Of a stretch of 64,000 bases of DNA, positions 25,801 to 39,559 are shown piece after piece. This DNA comes from Takakia lepidozioides (lineage: Eukaryota; Plantae; Bryophyta): positions 76,322,001 to 76,386,000 of the forward strand of contig CM060733.1 in assembly GCA_030704615.1 (NCBI GenBank). Direction: 5' to 3'. Both the position numbers and the translations under genes were made by a program. The notes beneath the pieces were generated by a model that worked only from the letters and a program-made list of their open reading frames with translations, was not told the DNA's origin and made no database searches. Positions within the stretch are counted from its first letter, which is position 1, and each line of letters begins with the position of its first letter.

Positions 25801-28283
25801 TCATCAAAGTCCATGACTGTTTCTCGCCCTTCCGGCTTCACATTATAACTGGTCACCTTGCTGTTCAGGTCTGTGTTCCCTGTCACATGGGCAATTCGAT
25901 TGATTGCTTGATACAGCCTGTGTCTATAATAAGGTGCCACAGCAAATAGCTGTCCAATGGTAATCTCCGCTTTGGACTGGCATATTACTTCAGCCAAAAT
26001 CCCTTCACTACTCTGCATTTCTGCAGCTTCTTTCTTCCCTTCATCCTCACTCACTTCCTCTTCTCTTTCAGAATCAGAGGAATCTGCCATAGGAATATCA
26101 GTACAATTCTGCATTTCCCTTATGATATCTACCACTTCCTTGTACAGTTCCTTCTCATCTCTCCAAGCCTCATCGTTTTCAGGCACATCACTGCCATCTT
26201 CATTATCATCACCTTCCTCATCTATTGGAGGTATTATTTTGGCTTTGCTTCTCGTTACTATCATTGTACTTACTTCTGGTACAACACATGGCCTAACCAT
26301 GTGAGCTGCCACCACTGGCCCCTCATTCACAGGAGCTCTCATCTCATTCTGCTGTCTGATCCAGAATGGACAGGCTGCCTTGCGATGTCCTGCCTGATTA
26401 CAATAGTAACACAGTTCTTCCCCATTAGGTCCTCGCCCTTGGTCTGTTCTGGGATTGTTTCTGTAATCCTGATTCCCTGGCTGGTAATTCCCCCTTGGAT
26501 TACCCTGATAGTTGCCTCTGGAATTTCCTTGGTAATTCCCTCTTCGATTTCCTCTCCCTTCCGTGCCATTGTTATAACCACCAGGCCTACCATAGTGGTC
26601 CTGATCACTGTTTCTTCTTGGCTGGGGCTGCACTTGATGCACCCTTACTTGCCTAGATTTTCTAGCTGCTGTCCTTCTGTTGTAGTAACAATTCTCAGTA
26701 GAATGGTTATCCATTTTACAGATAGTACAATGTTTCTCCTTCATGTGGCATTCAGTGGTGGTATGGCCTTCATTCTGGCACTTTGCACACCAAACACCCT
26801 TCCTCCAATGTGTTGCAGCCTTTGTGGCATACTTCTTCAAGATTTCTTCTAATCTTTTCTTATAGTTATCCCTCTTCAACTTTTCCTTCCTCTTACTGTT
26901 CCTTTTCAGCTCTTGCTCTTCTTCCTCATTTGACTCATCCTCAGAGTCCTCATCATCCATTTTCTCTCTCCTGAGCATTCCCAATTGCTCAATTCTGTTC
27001 GCTGTTTCAAATGCCTCCTCCACTGTATTATGGGGTAACATATCCACTTTCTTTTGCAACTCTGGTCTTAGTCCACTCACAAATCAAGTCTTCTGTAAAC
27101 CTGGTGCTGGTACAACAGCCAGCTTTTTCATCATCAATTCCATCTTTTCTATATACTCCTCAACAGTTTCATGCTTCTTTTGCTTTAACTGTTGTAAACT
27201 TCCATACACTTCATCCTCAATTTTACTTGTCTTGAACCTATTTCGGAATGCTGTATTCAAGCCATTCCAGGTTAGGAAATGATTATCAGGGAATCTTGCA
27301 TACCATTCACTTGCTTTCTTTATAAGTGAACAAGGAAACAGTCTCATCTTGGCATCATCGTCATTCTTATTGTTCACAATACACATGTGCTCAAATTGGC
27401 TAATGTGTACATCATGATCTTCTTTTCCTGAATATATTGGAAAATGTGGTTTTGCCCGTGTTGGTTGTAACGCCATCTGTGGCCCTACCTTCTGCCCACT
27501 GACAGATGCTGGCCCCCTTGCTGGTGCTGGTCCTTGAGGACCTGTTGTAGTTGTGGTGGAACTTCCACCAAGTGTTGGCCCTTGAGCACTCCCTGCTACT
27601 GGCCCCACTATATTCACAGTATTCCCAGCTCCAGTTGCACTACTTCCCACACTCCCTGTCCCCCCAGAGCCAGATCCAGGCTGCCCGCCTGATCCCCCCG
27701 ATCCAAGTGCTCCACTTGATCCAGGTCCAACGGGTTGGGATGTCCTGGTTGTAGTCTCAACCTCAGCTGTTGGGTCTACTTCTTCATAGTCTTCCTCTTC
27801 CAATTTCTTCTCTCTGTATTCATCCTCCAAGTTCTGCCCTTGGGTTTCTTCTTCACTCATGTAACTCAACTGCAATGGTGTTGGAGAGTCTGAACTCTCT
27901 GTTGGCTCTGCCACATCCTCTCCTCCTTCTTCGTCTTCCGTCTCAGAAACTGGAGTTCCTGCTTTTGGTGTTCCATGCCAACTCTTATCAAAGATTTCTG
28001 TCAAATCTTTTATCCAGGGATGTACCTCCAATCTTTCACCTCGTGGTTGATCTTCTTCCTGTACCAATTCCCTTAATCTTTCTTGCAAAGAAAAAGAAGG
28101 AGTGACATCCAACTCTAATTCTTCCGGTATGGGTGATGTACTCTTTGATCTTAATGGTGTGAGAGGTCCAGATGATTCCCCTATGTCTATTCCTCTCTCC
28201 CAAAGATATGGATAATTAGCTTTCAGATAACTTTCTCTTTTTGCTAAATATCTCTGGAGTCTAGCTTCTCTTTCATCACTCAT
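22862..28283 (-). pseudogene. Decayed gypsy gag-pol (gag with CCHC fingers, protease, truncated RT, RNase H, integrase)
   Basis: CAKCQNEGH and CYYCNQAGH; LIDGG; RT jumps from YRMNP..QKV to GLNPEKC (YxDD lost); HCDASG; integrase ISDQGSHF..YYPQGNGQAE; in-frame stops. Confidence 0.9.
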
Positions 28284-28364
28284 GTCCCATGTCTTTCATT
28301 TCTTTAATGTGGCAATAACCAAAACTTTCTTCTGTAGTATCTCTCGTATATGCCTGGGTTTCTT

Positions 28365-28988
28365 TCAACCCTTGGCTATACTAGAAGTCTCCGTTACCAA
28401 ATAACCATATGGCAAACAAGTCTGGAAAGCTGTTCTTGGTGTGAGTTTGATCCACAAAATATCCTTTGGAATCCAATTCTTTACCAGAACAAGCTCTTCA
28501 TGCATATGAGTATAAACATTCACCTTCCTTTCCTCCCAGCCTTCAAACTCTACTCGCTTAATGGATAGCAATGCTATCACATAAACCAGTGTTGGTAACC
28601 AACGTGCTCTTCCTCTACAGGCCACCTGATAAATCTTTATCACTCCTTTCTCCAGACCCCACTCAGGGTCAGCATCATGCATTCTCTTAAGAATGTTTTC
28701 TTTACAACCGTCTGACAATTCCAAGAACCTCTGAAAGAATTGTTTGGACAATCTTTCCTTCTCAGTTTCACAAGGAATTTGATTCACATCAAATTCTTTA
28801 ATTCTCCAACCACCATGATCCCACCAGATGCCTGTCACATCTGGTTGTTCATGACCCAGTTCCCCAGTATGGTCGCCAAATGTCGAGCGGCTTTTACTCA
28901 CCCATCCCTTCGCTATCCGAGGTGGAAACTCCAAGATAGAAGAGTTGGATATCTCTAAGCACTCAACCCGCTCAGAACAATCAGTCAT
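28365..28988 (-). CDS. Extra sense ORF upstream of gypsy gag (207 aa, unknown function)
   Basis: Open frame starting with ATG just 5' of gag; its start is also present in the related fragment at about 40130-40255. Confidence 0.45.
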   Translation of the reverse strand: MTDCSERVECLEISNSSILEFPPRIAKGWVSKSRSTFGDHTGELGHEQPDVTGIWWDHGGWRIKEFDVNQIPCETEKERLSKQFFQRFLELSDGCKENILKRMHDADPEWGLEKGVIKIYQVACRGRARWLPTLVYVIALLSIKRVEFEGWEERKVNVYTHMHEELVLVKNWIPKDILWIKLTPRTAFQTCLPYGYLVTETSSIAKG

Positions 28989-29524
28989 GACCTATAGCTA
29001 GTGAATCATGGTTGTGCTTCCTATTTGTATTTCTTCTTGCCTTCATGTTAGCAATTTACCTTACTGTGTATACTGAAGCATCAGATTGCTTCAGTATCTA
29101 CCAAGTTCCATTCACTCATCCATTCATTCCACAGCTTCACTCATGTCTCTCTACACAGTGTGTTTGTATCGAATAAGTATCAGATTATGATTTATTAGGT
29201 ATCAGGCCAATGCCATGGTGACTCTAATCTGCCCTACAGTATCACTACAGCTTTGCATGTAACAAGCATCTACTGTTCATCTTTCCTCTTTCACCGTGCT
29301 CTCCATCCTTGCTCCCGTTCTTGCTCTCCGCCTGATCTCCTCTCATACATGACCAAGAAGCGCACCCCGTGAAGTGATCCCCTTCCCGTTGCCGCTCTCC
29401 TAATCTACCCACAAGCTGTTCTAACCACCTAACTAACTAACCGTCACCCCTGAAGTAACACGTTCCCTCTGCAAATGTCGTTCTCTCACAGTCGTTCCCT
29501 GTCAATGATAATTGTTCCCCATGT

Positions 29525-29695
29525 ACTGTGACAGGCTATGTCGAGCTGTGCCGAGCTGTGACTGGCTGTGTAAAGCTGTGTCGGGTTGTGTCAGGCTGTG
29601 TCGGGCTGTGACTGGATGTGTAAAGCTGTGCGAAGCTGTGTCGGGCTGTGTGAAGCTGTGGCGGGTTGTGTCGGGCTGTGACTGGCTGTGTAACC
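29525..29695. repeat. 10-bp tandem repeat in the gypsy 5' region
   Basis: (GGCTGTGNNN)n. Confidence 0.85.
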
Positions 29696-31971
29696 CCCCT
29701 AAAGTCTGCTGCTGCCACCCCTAAGGCTCCTGTTGGTCTCAGTCCGCGCAAAAATTAAGGGTACCCCACAGAACCCGTAAAAGCGTATAAGTCCCAAGCA
29801 GCCCTCTAATAGGCGCCGGCACTTTAGTGCTGGGCTCTGCCTTTTTGGCAGCTCTCTACAAAATAGCTTAACCACTTATAAAGCTAGTTAGCACTGCCTC
29901 CCATGGTCCTCTATGGCTAGGGGGCTTATGAACATAGATATGAACTTAATAATATAGAAATTTTGGCGATAGCTTCGCCGTCTCATGCAATATGACCGTT
30001 GCCACTAAGCTAGAAAGGGAAATTTGATAAGAGCTTCGCCACTTCATGCAAGCTCGCCATCTCCTTAAACATAATAATGGACATCTACCCTCACTTCCAT
30101 GACGTAATTGGGTTAGATTCCTAAGGCCTTGTCTCCTGGGGCTTCACACCTGTGCTCTTCACACATGTACATAGAGATGCACACACATCCTCTTTGAAAG
30201 AGCGTTAGTTTTTATAGATTTTTAGCAAGCCTCTTCTTGGAACAAACTTGAACAACAAATGAAACAAATGAATTCAAAGGTCAAGATGGTATGGTAAGTC
30301 ACCCTCTGAAACAAGTGGTGCTTGGGATGCACTAAATCGCTCGGTAGAATGATACTCAAATCTGGTCCTCCTCCGGCACTCCTACTCGTCCTAAGTCTCC
30401 CACTTCATGGAGCGCTTCCTCTACTTCTTGCCTCAAATGGCCACAAGGCCTTGAGCTAGGACTATCATGCTCTCACTATGCTTGCTTCTATTACTAGAAA
30501 GCCACAGGCTCCTCTTGTTCTTCAATCTAGTCTCATTTCCTTGTTTTGGCCCCTTGCTTGTGTAGTTTTGGGGCCTCTTAAACTAGTGAAGGATAGTCTT
30601 AAACTATTATTTCCTACATGAGTCTATAATTTAAAAACGATAGAACACCATAAAATAATAACCATGGATGGAAAACCTTGGTGTTAATGATAAATCTGAT
30701 TTTTCATCCATCCAATGGATTACCAGTTGGCGCTAGGCTGCCTTCTCATCCCTCCAGCTTGCAGGTCGAATTTCCAGTTTTCATCCATTGGATGAACTAG
30801 AATTCCATTTAATTGCCTTTCGCAACTGCCTCCGGCGTGATAATTTGATGCCATCTCTCATCACCTCCAAAAATCCCCAAACTTGGTGAAAAATTATAAT
30901 TAGATGCCTTGTAGTTGCCCGTAAAATCTCAAAGGAATCAAGGAAGAAAAGCCACACCTTTGGTTGGTTTCCATGGTTTCGCCATATAAGCAGTCTGCCG
31001 CTTCCTGGCAGTAAAAACACTGGTGGTGCCCCCAGGGGGTCTTTGGCCCTGCCACTGAGTCACAGATCATCTAGAGTTTCTTCCTACACACTTTGCATCG
31101 CTGAGGAATTCAAAACTTCGCTGGGAAGCTCATTCATCCGTCGTTTGCTCCAATGCAGCACTTGCTTTGTCGCGATATTTCATCGCTGTACAGATTGTTT
31201 CCCCCAATTGGCAAGACTCCTTGCCGCGTGCTCCCACTGGACTTGAAAGGCGGGAGAATAGAGAGATCACAATCCGGGACTGGAACAGTCGCCATGTATT
31301 GTTTCAAACAGATGCATGTTGTCGTTACTGGTACCGAATTGACAACCTAACCCGCAGTCGATGCAGCTCCCTACGGTCATTTTGATGCCAGAGCTCCTCC
31401 ATGGTCGTCTCAGACATAATCTAAATTCCTATGTGCTTTACCAGCGATTTCCAGATAACTCGCAACCTGCCCTGCTTTGGCAGTACAATGCCTAAACTGT
31501 CTGTCTTAAGATAAAAAACGATCTGAAAAGAAATTGTACCAATATATGCATCTACAGGTGGTGTTTTGGGATATACCCACGCCAATGTTGAGATCTACGG
31601 ATGGGTATAGTGATGGGAATGTGAATACTCCACTTCTTGTAGTGGAATTTTTGTCTCCCAAGTCGATCAACAAAGATCAGTCAAGTGCAAAGCTGTTTGT
31701 GCTAAAGCCGGAGTAAAATATTATTGGCTAGGTTGTTGTCTCCAAGGCTGGCTGCAGTGTGCCAGCCTATCGAATACAAGGGTATATGAAACATTCAGAA
31801 TTATCCATAAGAAGGATGGACCGGTTATTCTACCATCATTCAGCATGCCTATCGACTTCGAGAAAGTCTTTAGGATCAAGTAATGAGGGGTGGATCAGTA
31901 TGGGGATCAGTGTTGTTGAACAAACTATTGAGTTTTGATATAAATCTGAGAGTTTGTCTTAACCTTCCATG

Positions 31972-34900
31972 TGTTGAAAAACGTAGATAGAACAACAAAT
32001 GAGGATTGTATAGAAGCTCTCCACCCAACCATAGAAGCACATGTCAATATGAAGAACTGATATGTGGCTTCACCCCCGAGTTTCTTATATAGTTCTAGGT
32101 AGGCTAAAAGCAATCACTAAGACTTGCCTTTTAGACCTACTTTTACTATATATGTTAAGTAGTCCCATAATGCACTAGCTTTAACTTTACGACAAAAGCC
32201 TCTCTAAATAGAGAGTTACTTTTAATGTCTCATACTTTATTTACAAGTCAAGGTGTAGCTTATGGAGCTGTTTTCCAACACCTTCCTTCGAACGGCGAGA
32301 TAATCACGTAATATCTTTGGAGACATTACACCACAAGTGAACACTTAATGTGTTTTGGCTTTGGTAGACTCTTTGTCAAAACATCAGCCATCATGTCTTC
32401 TGTAAGGCAGTAGACCATTTGGATCTCTCCTTTACCTACAATCTCCCGAATGTAGTGATGTTGAATCTCAATGTGCTTAGGATTTGAATGGTATCTTGGA
32501 TTCTGACCCATTGCAATCGCACTTTGATTGTCTCAATATACAGTTGTAGGGTGGGACTATAGGTGCCCCAAATCTCAAAGTAGCTTCCGCAACCAAACAG
32601 CTTTCTTTGTTGCTTGTGTAGCTGACATGTACTCAGCTTCTGTTGATGAAAGAAGTTTGTCGTTTGCTAGACCAAGATACCACGCCACCTGCTAGAACAA
32701 AGCAATGACCCGAAGTAGATCTTCTGCTATCAATATCTCCTGCCCAATCTGTATCTGTAAATATTTGGAATCTCCTTTTGGCCATAGACTATGCTAGATG
32801 ATTGTAATACCACTCCCACTGAGTAGGCAATGTCTGGCCTAGTACAAACCATGCAGTACATCAAACTCCCAACCGCACTTTGATAGGGAATAACCTTCAT
32901 ATCCTTCTCTTTTTCCTTAGTCATAGGTGTCATGTCCTTTGAGACCTTTCCTGTTTGTTTCTCTACAAGTACTTTGAACTCCTTGAATTTCTCTAAGACT
33001 TTGCTCTTTTATTTTAGAAAGTTCACCACAAACCCTCATTGACAGATCATCGATAAATGTTACAAAGTAGCATACTGTGCATTGGTTCGCATACATTAGA
33101 ATGTATAATTTCCAGAATGTTTGTGGCTCTCCATCCACCATCACTAGGAAACTGAGTTCTATATTGTTTCCCTTTTATGCAGCAACCTTTACAGAGATCA
33201 AGATTGGTGACATTTTTCAATGATAGTCCTTCTACAAAAGAAGTTGACTGTTTCATTTGTCTCAACTTGTTGATGCTCACATGTCCCAATCGTCTATGCC
33301 ATAATTCAGTTTCTGACATGACTAGTCTTGATCCCGTCTCTGGTAAATAGGTTGCAAGAGCACTAGAACTTTGATTTTCCAATCTATATAGACCATTGTC
33401 TAAAAGAGATGCTTGTGCTACAGCCTACTACTTGACCTTATTTATCTGAGATGAAGCATCATTCTTTTTGGAATAGCACTCTATATCCCGCATCAACTAT
33501 CTTCCTCACTCACAACAAGTTTTGGTTAAGGTAGGTACGTATAGTACACCTTGCACTTCTCGAATCTCTCCTTGATTTATCGTAAATGAGACTGAACCTT
33601 CTCCACTAATGATGTGTTTGCTATCATCTCCCAAGAGAACATACTGGGAAGGAGATATAGGTTTGTATGTGAGAAAATGTTCATATTCTGGAGTCATATG
33701 TTGAGATGCTCCTGAATCAATGTACCATTCATACTTCTGCCTAGTAGTACATGCTGAAACTACAACTAGTATGTGTAATGGGCACATACCACGTTGGATG
33801 TGGTTGTGGGTTCAAACCACGGTCTGATGTGTCATGAAGGTGTCCACCTTTTAGCTGGAAGGCAGTAGCCCTTGTGGTGAAGTGACACCATAAGTTACGC
33901 TCCCTTCGGGAGATGTCATATATATATATTTTTACATGCTGAAAGTGAAACTACAAATAAGACAGGGTATTTCTAATGAGTAGCTACATTCCCTCGTATT
34001 TCTTGATTATCTCGTCACGCTCCTCTGCTATGCGTATTCTACAATCTTTTATCCCATGCCCATATTTGTTGCAATGATAGCACTTAATCCTTGAGTTCAG
34101 CTTAAACTTTGAACCAAACTTTGCAGTATGATATGAAGGGAATTTCTTCTTCTGGAATCCTCCAGGTTTAATATCTATGAACAAACCCTATCTACCAATG
34201 TAGATGCCCCTTGACCTCTTCGTTTCTCCTCCTTGAGGAGAAGACCTATGACCAACTTAGTTGTTAAGTTGGTTTGTCATGTTAAGGATACCACGAAACT
34301 GTCATAGGATTTAGGTAAGGTCGCTAGCAACACTACTGCTGCTTGTTCATCAGATATTACAGTTCCCACAGATTTCAGTTCGTCTCTTAAGACAGTGAAC
34401 AAATTCAAATGTTGTTCGACTGATTCCGTCTCGGTCATTTTCAGACCATAGAACTTTTGTGTTGCAATCACTTGCGATGTTACATCCTTCGTCTCAAAAA
34501 CAGCTGCTAGCTTATCCCAAACCTCTTTAGAACTTTTAGCGTTAAGGACTAGATTCATCTGATTGTTTCTCAAGCTCATTATGATGTTAGCCCTAGCCTT
34601 CTAATCTTTTATATCCCATAAAGCTTGGTCAACTGCATCGTCAAGTCTTACATGTGACCCATCAATCAATCCCCATAGGTCTTTGTCTAGAAGAATCATT
34701 TTCATTCTAAACTTCGAGGACTGGTAATTGGTTCCATGGGACCGATCTTCTACTCTTGTATCTAATGCGTTTCCATGAGCATAATTTACCATTAGGGCTT
34801 TCCATTCTCACTATCTAAGACTTTATACTTGACAGTTAGCACACTCACAAACTTTTATTGATCACTGGCTGTGGACCAAATTGCTTTGGCTAGGAGCTCC

Positions 34901-35295
34901 CTTTGATCACGTCCTCGCTACCACCTCGTAGCACCTCCTCTATCTAGCATGAAATTGCAGCCACCTTCTAGCAACTAGGCTCTGATACCATGTTGAAAAA
35001 CGTAGATAAAACAACAAATAAGGATTGTATAGAAGCTCTCCACCCAACCATAGAAGCACACAGCATGAACAACTGATATGTGGCTTCACCCCCGAGTTTC
35101 TTATATAGTTCTAGCTAAGCTAAAAGCAATCATAAGACTTGCCTTTTAGGCCTACTTTTACTATATATGTTAAGTAGTCCCATAATAGACTAGCTTTAAC
35201 TTTAAGAGAAAAGCCTCTCGAAATAGAGAGTTACTTTTAATGTCTCATACTTTATCTACAAGTCAAGTTGTAGATTATGGAGCCGTTTTCCAACA
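31972..35295 (-). mobile_element. Ty1/copia LTR retrotransposon, internally deleted and decayed
   Basis: LTRs 31972-32280 and 34991-35295 (TGTTG..CAACA); TSD CCATG; PBS TGGTATCAGAGC at 34979-34990; gag CYHCNKYGH, WYIDSGASQHM, LWHRRLGH, YQSAVGSLMY, KHIEIQHHYIRE; most integrase and RT missing near 32935. Confidence 0.93.
33760..33932 (+). mobile_element. tRNA-derived SINE-like insertion inside the copia
   Basis: 12-bp TSD TACATGCTGAAA (33748-33759, 33933-33944); B-box-like GGTTCAAACC; (AT)n/T tail; removal restores LFVVSLSACTTRQKYEWYIDSG. Confidence 0.75.
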
Positions 35296-36179
35296 CCATG
35301 TTGGCAGGTTCGAGGGCCAAATATCATGCAAGAACATTGAGATTGGCATTGTCGGAACAAATGGCAAGTTCTCTCTCTCATGACCTCGATCATTATGGTT
35401 CAATTTCGTTTGTTTGATGAAAGCCTCTAGCCATTGCAGGAGTATGTATGGCTTTCTCTCCCTCTCTAGTGAGTGAATCTGGCTGTTGATTTTAGAGAAA
35501 AACTACTGGTATTGGGATCATTGGTCAGGATCACCATTTCTACGATGGAAACTGGAACCAGGACTAGCTAGTGGAACCTTAGTGTAGAAGGTGGTCCTCA
35601 ATCTGATAAACATATGTTGTGTGTAGTCCTTGTGGGTTAGAGGCAACTCCGCTCCCCCCCAAAGAAAAAGTGGTTTGGTCACTCTTAATGTTCTTGATTT
35701 ATAGAGTTCAAAGAATGAGTTGCATATGATGTGTCTTCTCTTAATATTGCTAGGGCATGTTTTCTTGCATAGTCTTGACACTTGTAGAAGTTGATGACTA
35801 TCTTGCCGAAGTGGAGTAAAGCAGCATGGAACTCACTCCTTCATTGAGCTTTCATAGGGGATGGGAGTCAATTATGAGAATCAGCTTCTTCCAGTAGACT
35901 TCTCCTGCATCTAGGCTCCGTCCGTCACACTTTGACATGGCCCAGGCCATGCACGAGACTATGTGGGAACGGAAATCTGTTGCAAAGCAAATAAGTTCAA
36001 ATACTTTCACTAGTATTTGCAGAACCAGCTAGATGTTGGATTCCACGAATTGGTTTTTTGATAAGTTTGGTCTTCCAACTATTTTTTGTTGTTGAATATG
36101 GGGACCACAACACCCTCCAACAGCACTCCTGCTTGTCACTCAACAAGACAGGGCAGTATTCTGTGGATCATCAAGAACT

Positions 36180-39100
36180 CTTAACACAGCCAAGCTCTCA
36201 TCCGTTTGCCTGTTTACGAATCACACGAATACACTGACACCCGAGTACACCGCCCCTGACCTGTGTCAGGGGCGCCGTCTTATACGAAAAGCCCTAGCGC
36301 CTGCTGCCCGCCGTGTGGCGCGGCCTGATAAGCCAAGCCGGCGGCGCCCTCTCCTCAGCCCTTGATGCGACGAAGGGCCAGGATGAAGCCAGCTATCTAA
36401 CATCACATGGGCAAAAACATGCAGGGCAGAAGCAGCAGCAAATAAGTAGCCATTGTGGGACAATGATCATGAGGTCGGGATGAAGCCTCCGAATCTGTGT
36501 CTGACTCTACAGTAATTGAGGGTGGCGGTGAAGGTGGTCTGAACCGAACACCTCGTCTTGTGAACCCACTCTCATTGTTACTGCCTGTAGCCGTACTCCC
36601 CTCAAAACCCTTGGGTAACTCCGTAATGACACTCACAATGTGCACCTCCTCCACGTGACACTATAAGGCTCTAGTACTAATCTAATAGTGACACGGGTGG
36701 GCACTTGTTGCAGTTTAAGGGTCATATCCCAATGGCTCAGGGCACCTGCACCTACATCCACCGCAAGAACTCCTATGGTTGGCTGGTCATCAACCCAGCC
36801 TCACCATAGAAGAAACACTGGTGGTCTTGCTGGTCATCACTCCAGCCTCACCACCGACAGCATACTCTAGGATTGACCGGTGATCAAATCCGGCCTAATC
36901 CCTATGAAAGCAAGCGCCCACACAAAACCAACATGGCGCACAGTCAAGCATGCAGGTGTTGGGGGGGATCCAAACACAAGAAATCAAAACATCAACACCC
37001 CCACACCAAAATCCAGCTGCAACGCTGATCCTGCAGAATAGCCCAGCCCAAAACCCCGGACTGACTGGCCTCCACCAAGGGAGGCTTTGGCAACTACAAG
37101 TACAAGGTAATGAAAATAGTACAGAGATGGAGGGGAAGAATAGAAGCCCGACCAAGCAAGATCTAATCCTGATCTATGCTATCAACTGCCAGACTTCTCT
37201 CAAAGTGCCTCGCTTTGCATGATGATAAGGTGTAGGAGGTATATCTATGTCCAGAAACCTGCCACTAACCTTGTCCCAAGCTATAGTAGCTCGCTCTAAC
37301 CAACCCTCCTCCACTTTCTGCCAGGTAGAGACAAAGCAATACTCCCCTATCTCCCGCTCACTGAACACTAAAGAAAACAAAGGTAGGGTCTGATAGTCTC
37401 TCAACTCGAAAGCTTTGAGACGGTTGCGGGTGTCCTCATTGCGAATGACTGCATCTCCTTCACGCACAACAAACATGTCATTGCTGATGAACCCCCGCTC
37501 GTGGTTGCCCTGTGCAGAGCGTATCCGGCTGCAACCATGTCTGATTGCACAAACTTGTGTAGCTCCTGCTCCTCTGCTCCAGTACACCACGGCCTTGTGG
37601 CTGAACACCTTGGTCCCCGGGGCTGTCTTTGGCTGTGTTCCAAGCCTAGCTTTCACGCACTTTGGTATTTCACCTACAGGTGCAGAACTGCTGGCTCCAA
37701 CAGAGTTCTGACTGTCCAAAGCAATATTGAGGCCCTCAACGCCAACTACAGCAGTTTGTTGTCTACTGCTAAAGCCTGACTCCCATTATGCAATCAACTC
37801 GTCCAACTGTTCTCCACTCAAATCAGTCTGAGTTCCTTGGGAAACATAAATCTTGTCCCCTTGGGTGCACAGGTTAAGAGAAGAGACTTGACCTTCAATT
37901 ACGTCCTCATTTCCCCCAGCCATACAAGGAGTACATCCACAGATTTGTCTCTCATATAGACCAGCACAGGTTCTAGAAACATGATTGTGGATCTTTCGTG
38001 GCACACTCACACTCTAAAAATTCCATAGATTTTTAGCAGAGTCCCCAAAACAGAAACCAGGTTTAGATAGGTAGATTTCCCCTTTCTGCAGCTATCCCCC
38101 CAAAAACTGGGTCAAACAGAGTCCATTTGACAAAAGATATGATGAATTTGGCTCCAAATCATTCAAATTAGATTAAAAAGGGTTTTTTTTATTTTTTATT
38201 TTTTATTTTTTATAATTAAGGTTTTCAAGTTTAAAAATTTAAAGTTACACCCAAAATATCTGGTAACTGGTTCCCGGTTCCCTAAGTTCTATATGGCATC
38301 CTAGGTTCCCTGGCCACGTGCCTGCTGTTCCCCTCCATTTCATTTGAGTTCAACAGCTCACCATGCTTTGGAATCCCAACCGTCTTCTACCACAAACCGT
38401 GGTGACGATGGAGGTCGTGAAGCGATTCTTCCCAGTGAACCCTCGAGAGACGAATCCCCTGCGCACTTGATATACACTCTCTTAATAGAGATCAAAATCA
38501 GCAAGGAGACACCACTGACGACACCCAGAGATCAGAGACAAGTACTTGCGCAGTTCGGAGGCCACAGCATCCCCTCTGGACACTGAGCGGGGAATAGCTG
38601 CTACACAGCAGCTCAGTCTATCATCAGCTCCTATACCTACTAGCTTCCTGCCCCTGCTCCTCCTTCTTCACAACAAGATTGACCGTGGATATGCGGAGAG
38701 GTGGTCTGCCTGGGATCACCATGAAATTGCACAGATCGGGAATATCTGGTTGGCCTCGGCACTATAGTGCTAGGGCACATAAACCAGATTGTAGGAACAG
38801 CCAGAGGAAATGCAGGTTATGCCAGCATCATCCAGACCATCCCTGCATCTTGGATATGCATCCTCCAGCAGGGGCCGTTGCCTCCATTGCCCGACACTTG
38901 GGTTACATGCTCAGCCAGACCTTCAAAAATCTGGCCCAAAATTCACTGGCTGCTCGGACACTGGCATGACCAAACCTCTTTAACTCCAATCAGCCTGCTA
39001 CTGAATTACGATCCCATCACCAAGCAAAATCTATCCCAATGCCCAGTTGAGCTGCCAGTCTCGCATTCACTTTCCCCACCAAGGCAGCTGCAGTACACTG

Positions 39101-39420
39101 ACTGTCTTAGTTCCCTCCATGACAGCCTCCCGCATTTGGGCAAGTTCAGCTTCACGGGCCTCCCAGCGACTTAGCAGCTGCTTCAGGTCATGGTCCTAGC
39201 TAGCGCATGCTGGGCTGCAACCAGTTGCAGGTCCTTATCATGTAGAAACCCCTTCACTGCTCTCTTTCCATCTCCTGACGCCATGCTCCATCCTCCAGCC
39301 ACTTCACTTGTTTCAGGCACCCAGGTCCCTATGGGCAGGTCACATGCTCCTGTGCCAGCCAGAACAGTGACATTCGACCCCTTCGTCTTCAGGGACAAGC
39401 TGGTAGATGAGCCGCGCGAC
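36180..39420 (-). mobile_element. Probable 3' internal region of a Tat/Athila-like retrotransposon with unknown ORFs
   Basis: PPT-like AGGGGCGGTGTAC then TG near 36240, resembling the 15684 junction; 181-aa ORF at 37174-37719; decayed coiled-coil-like frame at 38900-39400. Confidence 0.35.
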
Positions 39421-39559
39421 TGCCGCTCTCGTGAAGATAAGACGGGTCAGGTGTCAAACTAAACTTGACACCTGATTTAACACTTGACCTAAATCCAAGT
39501 GTTAAATACAAATAACTAGCTTTATTCTAGCTAGTTTCACACTGTGCTTATTTAACTTG

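Larger units (their letters stand above)
15339..29810 (-). mobile_element. Non-chromovirus Ty3/gypsy retrotransposon (Athila/Tat-like), RT core deleted, interrupted by a chromovirus
   Basis: gag-PR-RT-RH-INT order on the minus strand; integrase resumes below 15895; PPT-like AGGGCGGGGAG then 3' LTR start at 15684; 10-bp GGGCTGTGAN repeats; no matching 5' LTR found. Confidence 0.8.
30650..36150 (-). mobile_element. Highly decayed L1-like LINE remnant split by the copia
   Basis: Faint motifs only: knuckle-like CF...H near 35980, N.RG-like endonuclease start near 35430, W...L.NWGK near 31210, HW.......KVFH near 30700. Confidence 0.3.

Noticed and set aside
36180-36240. Shared 5' LTR for the gypsy at 15339-29810
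   Set aside because: Sequence after this PPT-like site does not match the LTR start at 15684.
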